In this document: in pieces, positions 41,914 through 50,747 of the stretch | Numbering within the stretch: position 1 is the first letter of the stretch | Layout of the letters: each line of letters begins with the position of its first letter | Virus record (IMG/VR): IMGVR_UViG_3300027987_000382 | Location: 82,840-146,839 of that record | Reading direction: 5' to 3' (one strand) | Length of the DNA: 64,000 bases | Source of the DNA: a virus | Made by a program: the position numbers and the translations under genes | Notes under the pieces: model-generated | What the model was told of the DNA's origin: nothing | What the model saw: only the letters and a program-made list of their open reading frames with translations | Database searches by the model: none

Positions 41914-42227
41914 TCGAAGAAGAAATCCTACAAGGACTCGCCGAAGAACTGTCTGAAAAGCTATTCGACGCCCAATACGGAGACCCCCACCAAGGCGGCC
42001 CTCAAGTACGTGTCAAGGGCAATGAGATTAACACGTATTTTGTCAGAATAAAGGATGGTTGCTTCGAAATAATCGAGTACAGCTCACTCAGTTGTGATCA
42101 CACTGACGGCATACCAATCAGGACAATCCCACTTGAGCATCCAAACTCCCTGACAGCTGTATTTCGTATATTGGACCGAAAATGCGAATTCGGTAGGACT
42201 AGACGACGCCAAGCTTTTAGCTTTTGA
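41910..42227 (+). CDS. Small protein, DP-motif family
   Basis: EILQGLAEEL ... IPLEHPNSLTAV. Confidence 0.55.
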   Translation: MIEEEILQGLAEELSEKLFDAQYGDPHQGGPQVRVKGNEINTYFVRIKDGCFEIIEYSSLSCDHTDGIPIRTIPLEHPNSLTAVFRILDRKCEFGRTRRRQAFSF

Positions 42228-42236
42228 GGCAGAATC

Positions 42237-42806
42237 ATGGGAAGATCAAAGAACGACGCCGGTCTCGGCGTGCTCATCATGTTGGCATTTTTCATCATCA
42301 CACCGTTCGTCGTGCTCGGAGTGACCAGATACTTCAAAGGCATCACACTCGAGCAGAACCTTACCGGCAAACTCAAGCAAGCCGCCGACGCCAACGGCAT
42401 CCCACTCGCCCAAAAGAAACTCACTGAATGTATCGCGTGGATGGAAAAGAACGACCTCACAGAAGGATCGACACACGTCTGGATCAAGACACCAGAATGT
42501 GACATCGAATTCTTCTACCAGAACCTCGTCGCCGCCAAGAAAGATCTCGACAACTTCCCGCTAGAACCGGCAGAGAATGCAACACCAGACGAACGGACCA
42601 AGCACGATCTCGCCGAATCCAACCAGCTGATCAAACTCCGCGAGACGCTCCTTGATTCAGGAGAGCAAGGCACCCACGTCACCTGCCCGCCAAATCTGGC
42701 CGTCTACCCAAGCCAAATGTTCTGGTGGTGGGTCTGGCCGCTTGCGTGTATCTGGACCATCGTGGTAATTATCTTCGGAGCTGTGAATTGGAACTGGAAC
42801 GTGTAG
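42237..42806 (+). CDS. Two-TM membrane protein
   Basis: N- and C-terminal hydrophobic helices. Confidence 0.7.
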   Translation: MGRSKNDAGLGVLIMLAFFIITPFVVLGVTRYFKGITLEQNLTGKLKQAADANGIPLAQKKLTECIAWMEKNDLTEGSTHVWIKTPECDIEFFYQNLVAAKKDLDNFPLEPAENATPDERTKHDLAESNQLIKLRETLLDSGEQGTHVTCPPNLAVYPSQMFWWWVWPLACIWTIVVIIFGAVNWNWNV

Positions 42807-42814
42807 GAGCCACC

Positions 42815-43021
42815 ATGGATCGTGACGGACAAGCAGTCATAGCCTACCTCGGAGAAGACCGCCAAATCTACCTCCACAGTCCGGGCAAATCAATCTGCGA
42901 GTTTCCCGCTCGCATCATGCACTTTGGGCAACGCAAAGTCATCTACATCACAGAAGTGCCAGAAAAGTACGATGGCAAAGGCGTCAAAGCCCCGCCAGGG
43001 TACGAAATCGATGGAATCTGA
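42815..43021 (+). CDS. Hypothetical protein
   Basis: AGGAG RBS. Confidence 0.55.
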   Translation: MDRDGQAVIAYLGEDRQIYLHSPGKSICEFPARIMHFGQRKVIYITEVPEKYDGKGVKAPPGYEIDGI

Positions 43022-43361
43022 GATCCTCAAAGCGATCGTTGACCTCATCAACACCAGCCCCAATCATAACGCTTGGCTGGACAACCACCCCTCTTCCTGG
43101 CTCAACGAAGAGGGAGAAGTCATCGCCGGATTCGGGACCGGCATGCCCTGTATCCATATCACCGGCCCCGTCGTCGATCACTGGCTGCCGGAAGAAATCA
43201 AAATCGAAGGTGTCGTCTTGCACATCGGACCACACAAGTTCGACCTGCAAGACCCACAATCAACACAGCAAATCGAGAGGATGTTCGGTTGTGACATGGA
43301 AGCCAAACCACAGTTCGACCCAATAGACGCGATCAGTAACATGATCGAAGAGGAGATCTAA
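43011..43361 (+). CDS. Small protein, DP-motif family
   Basis: EILKAIVDLI ... FDLQDPQSTQQI. Confidence 0.6.
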   Translation: MESEILKAIVDLINTSPNHNAWLDNHPSSWLNEEGEVIAGFGTGMPCIHITGPVVDHWLPEEIKIEGVVLHIGPHKFDLQDPQSTQQIERMFGCDMEAKPQFDPIDAISNMIEEEI

Positions 43362-43362
43362 C

Positions 43363-43860
43363 ATGAAGGTTCCGAAAATTCTGCCGATCGTCGTAATCCT
43401 TGTCGGTTTCTTCTCCATCCCCATCGCCATCGAAATAGCCCGTCCAGAATCCAAAGTCCCATGGTGGTACAACGACTCACAAGTCGGCTGGGACCACGAC
43501 CACCGCAAAACCCCTGTCGGCTATGACGATATCTCACAATATTTCATCAACTCCCACGGAATGCACTACATTCCATGGAAGAAAGACGAAATGTGGTCTT
43601 ATAGCGGCCTCGCTAGCCGCCGCCACCAATGGATTGGTGATAAACTGCTAGTCCGGACTGTTGACGGAGAAGAAGGCTTCTTCTCCGGTGGCGGCCACGT
43701 CCACCCACCACTCACAGAAGATCCGGCAGAATCCGAAAAGACACTCAAGGACTGCCTCGCCGCCAACGACAACGGCAAACTCCCTGAAAAGCCCTTCAAA
43801 GAGCACCCGTCTGTTGTAGAAATGATCGAAGCATCAGGAGCCACAGTGAAGCGTGACTAG
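43363..43860 (+). CDS. Membrane-anchored hypothetical protein
   Basis: GAGGAG RBS, N-term TM. Confidence 0.65.
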   Translation: MKVPKILPIVVILVGFFSIPIAIEIARPESKVPWWYNDSQVGWDHDHRKTPVGYDDISQYFINSHGMHYIPWKKDEMWSYSGLASRRHQWIGDKLLVRTVDGEEGFFSGGGHVHPPLTEDPAESEKTLKDCLAANDNGKLPEKPFKEHPSVVEMIEASGATVKRD

Positions 43861-44608
43861 CCGCGTCATCATCCTAATACGCCGCTCAAGAGCATACTAC
43901 CTCGATGGCACGCTACAGCTCCCAAACATGGAAGTCGATAACGAAACCGACTTCTGGCGGCAATATCACGAGCGGTCAGCCCGAGCAATCGCCTGGTGGA
44001 ATGAACTATTCAGAACTCCATTTCTGGAGTTCAAACGCAACCTCGCCAAAGTAGCCACCCGCTACTACGTCCACTCCAATTACGACTGCATTCTGCAGCA
44101 TCTCGACTACCGCCATCTCACGGCGATAGGGAATCTCCACAACACATGGATTTTCCCTATCGACGAAGATGACTGGCCCCACCCAGACCTACCCAATATT
44201 CTCCGCAAAGTCAACACCAAAAAGTTCGACTACATCCTCTGGGACGTCCACCGCATCTGCGTCCTCGGCCGCCAATGCGTCAAAGCCGACGTTGACTACT
44301 ACGACCAGAACATCATCATCTCCAACTCCTACGCCATTCGACCAGAAGAACGCCATGCCCACATGGCCTACCACGGCCGCATCGACCACATCATGCGGAA
44401 AGAAGACACCCGTACCAAGTACATCAAACGCTCCCTCGGCGTCAAAGTCGACAACCCATCAAGCCTCTCACTCCTAGTCCGCTGCGAAGACAAGGAAATG
44501 CTCGCAACCATCACCCAACAGTTCATAGATGGACTCGATGGGATCAACGTGCCACCAGTATTTCAAGGTGGATATGATGCACTCAAAGAGGAGATGAGAA
44601 AGCTATGA
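43853..44608 (+). CDS. Hypothetical protein, possibly GT-A-like
   Basis: PIDEDDW acidic motif. Confidence 0.55.
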   Translation: MTSRVIILIRRSRAYYLDGTLQLPNMEVDNETDFWRQYHERSARAIAWWNELFRTPFLEFKRNLAKVATRYYVHSNYDCILQHLDYRHLTAIGNLHNTWIFPIDEDDWPHPDLPNILRKVNTKKFDYILWDVHRICVLGRQCVKADVDYYDQNIIISNSYAIRPEERHAHMAYHGRIDHIMRKEDTRTKYIKRSLGVKVDNPSSLSLLVRCEDKEMLATITQQFIDGLDGINVPPVFQGGYDALKEEMRKL

Positions 44609-44805
44609 CAGACTTCCTCAAAATGAACCGAGACGGCCCATCCGAAGTCCGCATCTGCCCATTCTGCCTCACTCCATACCGCTCCAAGATTCCCACAAGT
44701 CCCTGCCCATTCTGCAGCGACAACGAATCATTCGCCAACGGCTATCTCGCCTGTTGGTACGACAACTACGAAGCGATCCAAATAGGGCAAGCAGTACGAA
44801 AATAG
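44605..44805 (+). CDS. Small Zn-finger protein
   Basis: CPFC x2. Confidence 0.55.
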   Translation: MTDFLKMNRDGPSEVRICPFCLTPYRSKIPTSPCPFCSDNESFANGYLACWYDNYEAIQIGQAVRK

Positions 44806-44911
44806 GACGGGAAGCCTCTCCCTTAACTCACGTCGTGCTTTTGGCGGTCTCGAGGCACCAAAGGCGGCCACGGAACCAAGCCAAACGGAGGCCAAAGGAG
44901 AGCCACGGAGA

Positions 44912-45430
44912 ATGAGCAAAACAATCCTACTGATCGACACCGACAAACTGGACCAATTAGTCCAAAAGAACCTCGTCGACCCCGGCAACTTCATACGCGG
45001 ACTCTCCCAAGCCGAAGCAATCCTCCAAAAAGACGGCACCTGGATACTCCGCGAATGCAACGGAGCCAATGGCCACGGCCCACCACAAACCCCACCGCCC
45101 AACCCAACTGATGGCCAATCCTACACAGAAAACGGCGTCACCTGGATCTGGCACCAACACACAAACACCTGGATCACCAAAGGCTCCGGAATCAACTTCC
45201 GCTACATCGACAGCGACTGCGACTTCCTCGAAGTCCTCGTCTACCTCGCCAAACACCTCGGTATCGACCTCCAAGACCCACTCGTCAAAGGCCCTATCTG
45301 TACATGCCCCACCAAATGCGACTGCCAAGACTACGAACGCGGCCTAGTAAGTAATGAGTGTCCGATCCACAACAATGAACCACAACCATCTCCAGAGTGT
45401 CCACAACATGGACTAAGGCTGTTGACATGA
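44912..45430 (+). CDS. Mosaic hypothetical protein with Cys-rich C-terminus
   Basis: P.NPTDGQ.YT.NG.TW.W motif; CTC...CDC...CPIH...CP.H. Confidence 0.6.
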   Translation: MSKTILLIDTDKLDQLVQKNLVDPGNFIRGLSQAEAILQKDGTWILRECNGANGHGPPQTPPPNPTDGQSYTENGVTWIWHQHTNTWITKGSGINFRYIDSDCDFLEVLVYLAKHLGIDLQDPLVKGPICTCPTKCDCQDYERGLVSNECPIHNNEPQPSPECPQHGLRLLT

Positions 45431-45678
45431 CCGAAGTCATCCACAGCGTCATAATCCGCAAAAACGGTCAGGAATTCGTCTCTTTAGTCGAAACTACAAA
45501 TGAAGATGAAGCCTTGCAACTAGCCCTCGCCGAAGCTGAGGGATACGCAGCTGAAGATTGCGAGGTATTGCAAGTTTTATTAGAACCCGGAGCCGCTCTT
45601 CCTATCGGGTTCTTCTGGAAGAGGGTAGTATGGCTGGACGACTGGGGGCCAACAGTGGCACCAAGCCAGCATGGATGA
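45427..45678 (+). CDS. Hypothetical protein
   Basis: ATGA-coupled ORF. Confidence 0.5.
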   Translation: MTEVIHSVIIRKNGQEFVSLVETTNEDEALQLALAEAEGYAAEDCEVLQVLLEPGAALPIGFFWKRVVWLDDWGPTVAPSQHG

Positions 45679-46418
45679 CAAAGCCCGACCAAAACGGTAA
45701 CGTTCTAATGGGCTTTAAGGGGCAATCCGTGGTGGATGCGGGATACTTCTACGCCCCGTATATCCCAGTGATGAGGACACCAGTGTTATTTGAAGCACCA
45801 ACGCACGCCCGCGTGCAACAACGAGCATTCGAACTCTGGCAACACGACGCCAACCGCGTCAAACTCGGCTACAAAGACGCCTTCGAACGCTGTGCCGAAT
45901 GGTACTGGAACAAAGCTCAAGACGAACTCGTGAGCCCCTTCGCCCGAGCCCTCGCCGACGAAGCCGGAGACGGAATTATCTTCAAGCCTGGTAACGAACC
46001 AGCCTACCCATTCGAGTATTGGAGATACAAGAACGACCATGCTTTTGCCAAAGCATGTATTGAAGAAGAGGCGTTAATCATCCACGGGCTAGGGGCTGGC
46101 GGCACTCGACGCTTCAACCTCCACCTGGAAAGCGACCTCGAAGAAGCACTCGAATACCTCCGCCAAATCCAACGGGCAACAGAACAGCTCCACGATTGGC
46201 CAAACATCAAAAATCCCTGTGCCGAACTTCCCCTCGACGGCCCAGCCAACGAACAAATGACACTTGTTGGCAACAACAAAGCCTGGGCCTCCAACAACAG
46301 CTTCGCACCCAACAAGGGCATTCTGACAAGATACGGGAAGAAACTGCTCCAACAAGGAGCACAATACTATTCTAAGGTAAGAATTGGGGAAAGTCATGAA
46401 CACGAAGGTGATCATTGA
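45675..46418 (+). CDS. T4 gp23-like capsid C-terminal segment interrupted by ~170-aa insert
   Basis: VLMGFKG....DAGYFYAPYIP ... SFAPNKGILTRYGKKL. Confidence 0.75.
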   Translation: MTKPDQNGNVLMGFKGQSVVDAGYFYAPYIPVMRTPVLFEAPTHARVQQRAFELWQHDANRVKLGYKDAFERCAEWYWNKAQDELVSPFARALADEAGDGIIFKPGNEPAYPFEYWRYKNDHAFAKACIEEEALIIHGLGAGGTRRFNLHLESDLEEALEYLRQIQRATEQLHDWPNIKNPCAELPLDGPANEQMTLVGNNKAWASNNSFAPNKGILTRYGKKLLQQGAQYYSKVRIGESHEHEGDH

Positions 46419-46566
46419 CGAAGAAGGAGCAAAAGTCTACCGCAACGGAGTGCTAATCAAATCGGGGCCACTCCACCAAATCCGAGACTGGCTGGACCAC
46501 AAGGACAACGCCAAACACTTCAAACGACGCCGTCGCAATTGGCTCTGTCGCTTGCTTCACCTGTAA
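46396..46566 (+). CDS. Small basic protein
   Basis: 56-aa ORF. Confidence 0.4.
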   Translation: MNTKVIIDEEGAKVYRNGVLIKSGPLHQIRDWLDHKDNAKHFKRRRRNWLCRLLHL

Positions 46567-46575
46567 AAATAGGGT

Positions 46576-47010
46576 ATGAAGCTACGACGAATCGCTGAAT
46601 CCGATTACGAAGGGCTCGAAGACGCCGACGAATTCGTGAACATCCACGAGATATACGATGTTCCCGAGCCCCTGGTCGATTTTATCCACGCGGGCTCCGT
46701 CTCCGGCGACCTCACTCCCGTCACAAATCCCGAACAGTCCTACTTAGAGGACATTAAAGGATTCGGTCGGTACGTCTTCCCCATCCAAACCGAGTACCGC
46801 GAGGATGTCGATAATCTCTTCCAAAATATCGACACCGATTGGGCGAGCGAATTTCAATGGGAATTGCGAGCTGCCATTATCAACGCTGTGCTCGCGAAAG
46901 CCGGTCTTGACGTTGACATGGATTGCGACTGGCGTATGATGCTGCGAGTCATCCAATCCGGCTTTGATAAGAGCGATCCACTCGTTTGGGTCGAGTTCCG
47001 CTTTCGCTAG
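46576..47010 (+). CDS. Acidic hypothetical protein
   Basis: 144 aa; starts MKLRRI. Confidence 0.6.
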   Translation: MKLRRIAESDYEGLEDADEFVNIHEIYDVPEPLVDFIHAGSVSGDLTPVTNPEQSYLEDIKGFGRYVFPIQTEYREDVDNLFQNIDTDWASEFQWELRAAIINAVLAKAGLDVDMDCDWRMMLRVIQSGFDKSDPLVWVEFRFR

Positions 47011-47170
47011 AAAGTACGCGACTCCCCTGGATTACTTCTGAATTTCCCATACGCAACGCATCCACCGTTGCTTATGTGTCGGGACTTTTTTGAATATAGT
47101 CCCGAGATCCCCGATTCAAAAAGTCCGAAGTGTTTTCGTATACCCATCCCGGACTCCGGACTCGACGGGT

Positions 47171-47690
47171 CTGAACCCATGGGGCACCAAAGCACGACAA
47201 TCCGAGCCTAACCCTGCCGCAAAGAGCCCCTAGAGCACCTAACCACAACAAGCACTTCCCGGCGAAACCGCACCTTGCCGCAAAAAGCCCATCGAGCACC
47301 TAACCAACCCACACGGAACCATACCGCACCACGACTAGCAATACCTGAAAAGACCCATCGAGTCCCGAACCCCACCGTCACGTTCCACACCGGAGTTGAC
47401 CATACCCCAGCTAACCGAACCGAGCCGACCCAGAACTAACCAATCCCGTCCGGACTCGACCCTGAAAACCCATAGGGCACCGAAACTTGCCGACACTTGC
47501 AATAGCTTACAATGCAGTGCAAAACACTGGCGTACCGAGACTAACCTCGAGAAAGCCCATAGGGCACCAAAACTCAACCGGACGAGCGAATCCTGGCCGA
47601 ACACAGCCTGGCCGGTAAAAAGCCCATCGGGCTCCCTGCCGTCACTCGACTGGCTCCAACCTAGCCCCTCCGAACCGGACCGACCCCGCC
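47171..47690 (-). ncRNA. Pentamer/hairpin array 1: 7 units of (GGN-NN)n plus 4-bp hairpin
   Basis: Cores at 47176, 47227, 47288, 47354, 47469, 47556, 47623; in-register 5-nt tracts between them. Confidence 0.75.
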
Positions 47691-48065
47691 TGGAGAATCA
47701 AGCCCCTGCAACACACCAGGAGCAAACTGCATCGGATCCCTCACCAAACCCAATACGTGATCAAGAAAATCCGGATCCCCCACCTCAAAGAAATGCGGCC
47801 TCAAATCCAACTCACAACCGCCCTTCCCATTCTCCTGAACCCCAGAAATAATCGCCACAAAATCCCCACCCATAAACTGCAACCGAATCGTCACCGGAAA
47901 CTTATACCGCCGCACCACCTCCAACGCACCCTGATTATGAAACGACGGACATGTCACACTGAACCCATGTGACTTCAACAGACCAGCCACCCCATCCAGG
48001 ATAGCCACCTGCTCCAACCCCAAATCCTCATCCCACCTAGGAAACTTCAGACCCGGTCCCTTCAT
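47661..48065 (-). CDS. Small protein, DP-motif family
   Basis: AILDGVAGLL ... FEVGDPDFLDHV. Confidence 0.6.
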   Translation of the reverse strand: MKGPGLKFPRWDEDLGLEQVAILDGVAGLLKSHGFSVTCPSFHNQGALEVVRRYKFPVTIRLQFMGGDFVAIISGVQENGKGGCELDLRPHFFEVGDPDFLDHVLGLVRDPMQFAPGVLQGLDSPGGVGPVRRG

Positions 48066-48435
48066 CCAAAAACTCCTCCCTCATAGCCTCAGGCACCGCC
48101 AAAAACTCCAGAATCTTCTCAAACGAATCAGGATCAGCAGGATCAACATACAAATGCCCATGCTCCCGTCCCGACGTCGAATTCCGCTCAACCCACACAT
48201 TCCCATTCTCAACATCATGCTGAATCACAGCACCCACATTAAACGTCACACACTCCATCAAGTACCCATCCGGATACAACACCTCCACCGCAGGCCCATG
48301 ATTCACCTCCCGATCCGGCACCCAACGCCCACTAAAATAATCACCATCCCTATGCTCCATGAGCTTATCCGTATACTGCACAATCGGCAGATGAGGCTGC
48401 AAATACTCAGCCACAGCCTTCAAAATAATACTCAT
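48037..48435 (-). CDS. Small protein, DP-motif family
   Basis: MSIILKAVAEYL ... VDPADPDSFEKI. Confidence 0.65.
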   Translation of the reverse strand: MSIILKAVAEYLQPHLPIVQYTDKLMEHRDGDYFSGRWVPDREVNHGPAVEVLYPDGYLMECVTFNVGAVIQHDVENGNVWVERNSTSGREHGHLYVDPADPDSFEKILEFLAVPEAMREEFLDEGTGSEVS

Positions 48436-48680
48436 GACAACAACCACTTCAACAACTTCGGCAGAACAAAACCAACCACCGCACCCAACACCATGAAGAA
48501 AATCAACCGCCGAGCCGCACGATGATTCACCCGATCCACAATATGTTCCATCGTCCTCGCCAACTCCTCCCGCGAAATCTCCTGCGTCACCAACAAATAC
48601 TCCAACTGCACATCCGACACCTCCCCATTCAGGCACCGAATCGCCAATCGAACCACCTCAGGCCGAAATTTCTTGTCCAT
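48432..48680 (-). CDS. Small membrane protein
   Basis: C-terminal TM; ATG lies inside an array hairpin. Confidence 0.55.
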   Translation of the reverse strand: MDKKFRPEVVRLAIRCLNGEVSDVQLEYLLVTQEISREELARTMEHIVDRVNHRAARRLIFFMVLGAVVGFVLPKLLKWLLS

Positions 48681-48808
48681 AGAACACCGAGCGATAACTT
48701 ACCATACCGACCACACTCCAGCCGGACCCCACAGGCCCATAGAGCACCTGACCGTTCCTAACAAAACCTTACCGCTCCCGTCCTTGCCCCACCTGAGCCC
48801 ACCTTGCC
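48675..48808 (-). ncRNA. Pentamer/hairpin array 2: 2 units
   Basis: Cores 48676 and 48736; 12 in-register pentamers 48749-48808 and about 8 at 48689-48728. Confidence 0.75.
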
Positions 48809-48814
48809 TTTGAC

Positions 48815-49117
48815 TCACTTATTCCTCTTACTCATCACAAACTCATACACCGCCTGCAACGACCCAGGATCACACATATCAAACGACCGATCCCCAACCT
48901 GCACATTATCAGGCAACCGATCCCCACCACGACCAACATCACCCGGATCATACTCACTCACCTCACACGTCACCTCCGTCACACCAGTAAAAGCAATCAC
49001 AATCCGCTTCCGACGACGCGGCACATCAATATACGACCCATACAACGTCGCCTGAACCACCCCACGCTCCATGAGATACTCATGAATACACTTCAACAAA
49101 ATCGAATCCTTAGCCAT
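48815..49117 (-). CDS. Small protein, DP-motif family
   Basis: ILLKCIHEYL ... FDMCDPGSLQAV. Confidence 0.65.
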   Translation of the reverse strand: MAKDSILLKCIHEYLMERGVVQATLYGSYIDVPRRRKRIVIAFTGVTEVTCEVSEYDPGDVGRGGDRLPDNVQVGDRSFDMCDPGSLQAVYEFVMSKRNK

Positions 49118-49593
49118 CACAACCACCGCAACGTCAAAACCTTACGACGAACCAACTCCAACGCATCCGGAACCGCCAAATCCACCACATCACACTCCGT
49201 ATCAATCGTCTGAGCATACGGATTCGGATAACGCCCCCGACAAATCTCACACCTGCACACATTCGCCGCCACACCATAATCAAAACTCGAATTCGCCGCA
49301 TGAGCCACCTGCTCAAAATCCTTCGTGCGAAAATGACGAACCACCGCCCTAGGCACATCGTCCAACTGCACATACACCTCCACATACCGCCTCGGCCGCA
49401 TACAACTCACCCAACCAGCATCATCCTTCACCGACAACGGCACATCCCCCTCCACCGCCAAAGACGACCACCCAAAATGCAACACTGAATGAAGACGAAA
49501 CCGCTCATCCGCCTCCCACAGAAAATCATGAATCCCCAAAGCAACCTCTTGCTCGAGGTTGGCCGGAGCCCTCACCTGCCCGATCCTACTCAT
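49117..49593 (-). CDS. Small protein, DP-motif family
   Basis: VALGIHDFL ... VDLAVPDALELV. Confidence 0.6.
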   Translation of the reverse strand: MSRIGQVRAPANLEQEVALGIHDFLWEADERFRLHSVLHFGWSSLAVEGDVPLSVKDDAGWVSCMRPRRYVEVYVQLDDVPRAVVRHFRTKDFEQVAHAANSSFDYGVAANVCRCEICRGRYPNPYAQTIDTECDVVDLAVPDALELVRRKVLTLRWL

Positions 49594-49883
49594 AAGCCCA
49601 AACTCCGATATAACGTATCTGGAAAATCCGGGTCCGCGTAGGGAAACGAATTAGTACAGATATCAATGATGTAAAGACTACACTTATCGGCATAGAACAA
49701 AATCTGCCGATTAAGAGACTGGACTTTGAGCCGGGGATCATCAACCGGCTCCGCCCATTCGATCGTAGCGTAGAGCTGATTCGGTGCATAGACCGACGCT
49801 GGAAGAAAACAACGGACCCCGTGGTACCTCCGCTCAAGGCGGGCAACAACTTCCTTGGCTAGATCATCAATCCACGTTTCCAT
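49590..49883 (-). CDS. Small protein, DP-motif family
   Basis: FPYADPDFPDTL. Confidence 0.6.
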   Translation of the reverse strand: METWIDDLAKEVVARLERRYHGVRCFLPASVYAPNQLYATIEWAEPVDDPRLKVQSLNRQILFYADKCSLYIIDICTNSFPYADPDFPDTLYRSLGL

Positions 49884-50064
49884 GTTTGTGAAATACCTGG
49901 GTCTCGCATGCGGGAATGTGTGTCGAAATCCTAGTACGGAGGACCCCCGGAGGACCCAGGAATAATTCCTCTATAGGGTCCCACACGCGGAAAATATTTC
50001 TTCCGCCAGAGAGCAACCCGACCAGTACCCCGGTATATTCCATCCCCCCTCACCAATACTTAGG

Positions 50065-50132
50065 TGTTGCAAGGGGAATCCCCCCGTTAAATCCGGGTGG
50101 CGGATTTAACGAAACCCCCGCGACCGGCAACA
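50065..50132. promoter_or_regulatory. Divergent promoter motif pair on an inverted repeat
   Basis: Minus copy 50065-50090; plus copy 50106-50132; GTTAAATCCG-N5-CGGATTTAAC. Confidence 0.65.
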
Positions 50133-50163
50133 CCGCCGGTCGCGGGGGGACTCGCAGGTGCGA

Positions 50164-50436
50164 CTAGTCGTCGCTGTCGTCGGCGTCCCCGCCCTTCGCG
50201 GCCTTCTTGGCGGCGATCTCGGCGGCGATCGTGTCCTGTGCGGTCTTCAGGTGCGTCGCGGCGGTCTCCGCGTCGACGCCGGACGCGTCCTGCACGAGCT
50301 TGCTGGCGGAGCGGCGGAGCTGCATGCCGACCAGCGTGCGGGCTTCGTCCTCGGTGTTGGCCATCACGGTGTCGGCGGCGGTCTGCGTCGCACGGACGAT
50401 GGCGGCGAGAAGGGCGGCGAGTTGCTTCTTGTTCAT
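50164..50436 (-). CDS. Small helical protein, MNKKQLA paralog 1
   Basis: AGGAG RBS; promoter 50497-50522. Confidence 0.75.
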   Translation of the reverse strand: MNKKQLAALLAAIVRATQTAADTVMANTEDEARTLVGMQLRRSASKLVQDASGVDAETAATHLKTAQDTIAAEIAAKKAAKGGDADDSDD

Positions 50437-50496
50437 GTCGTGTCTCCTGCGAGAGTTGGGGTTTCGGGGGGCGGCTGTCGCCCCCTCACAATCGGG

Positions 50497-50659
50497 TGTT
50501 GCCGGACGTGTCACCGCGTTAATTCCGGACGCTGCGTCGGTCGCGGCCTGCGTCGGGGTGTTCCGAGTGAGACCAACGAGGGCGGCGACTAGGAGGAGCG
50601 TCGGGAGTGTGGCGGAGTTCGGCATACGGCGGTGTTACGAAAGGGGGCGGCTGGGTTAA
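50497..50659 (-). promoter_or_regulatory. Two promoter motif copies
   Basis: 50497-50522 and 50633-50659. Confidence 0.65.
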
Positions 50660-50747
50660 ACGTCGCCCCCGCGACTCCCAGCCGCCCCCGCAGGAGAACA
50701 AGGAACACGCACGCGTTTGCGGGGGCGACCGCGTGCGTTAAATGCGG

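Noticed and set aside
45790-46295. Intein or intron in the capsid fragment
   Set aside because: No C/S start, HN end or homing endonuclease motifs; the frame is open and the rest of the capsid gene is absent.
47171-47690. Canonical CRISPR array
   Set aside because: Repeats are only about 13 nt and degenerate, spacers vary from about 35 to 100 nt and are internally periodic, and no cas genes are visible.
47072-47851. ORFs over array 1 (47396+, 47335-, 47208-, 47072-)
   Set aside because: Low-complexity translations of 5-nt repeats, no RBS; the period is incompatible with codon structure.
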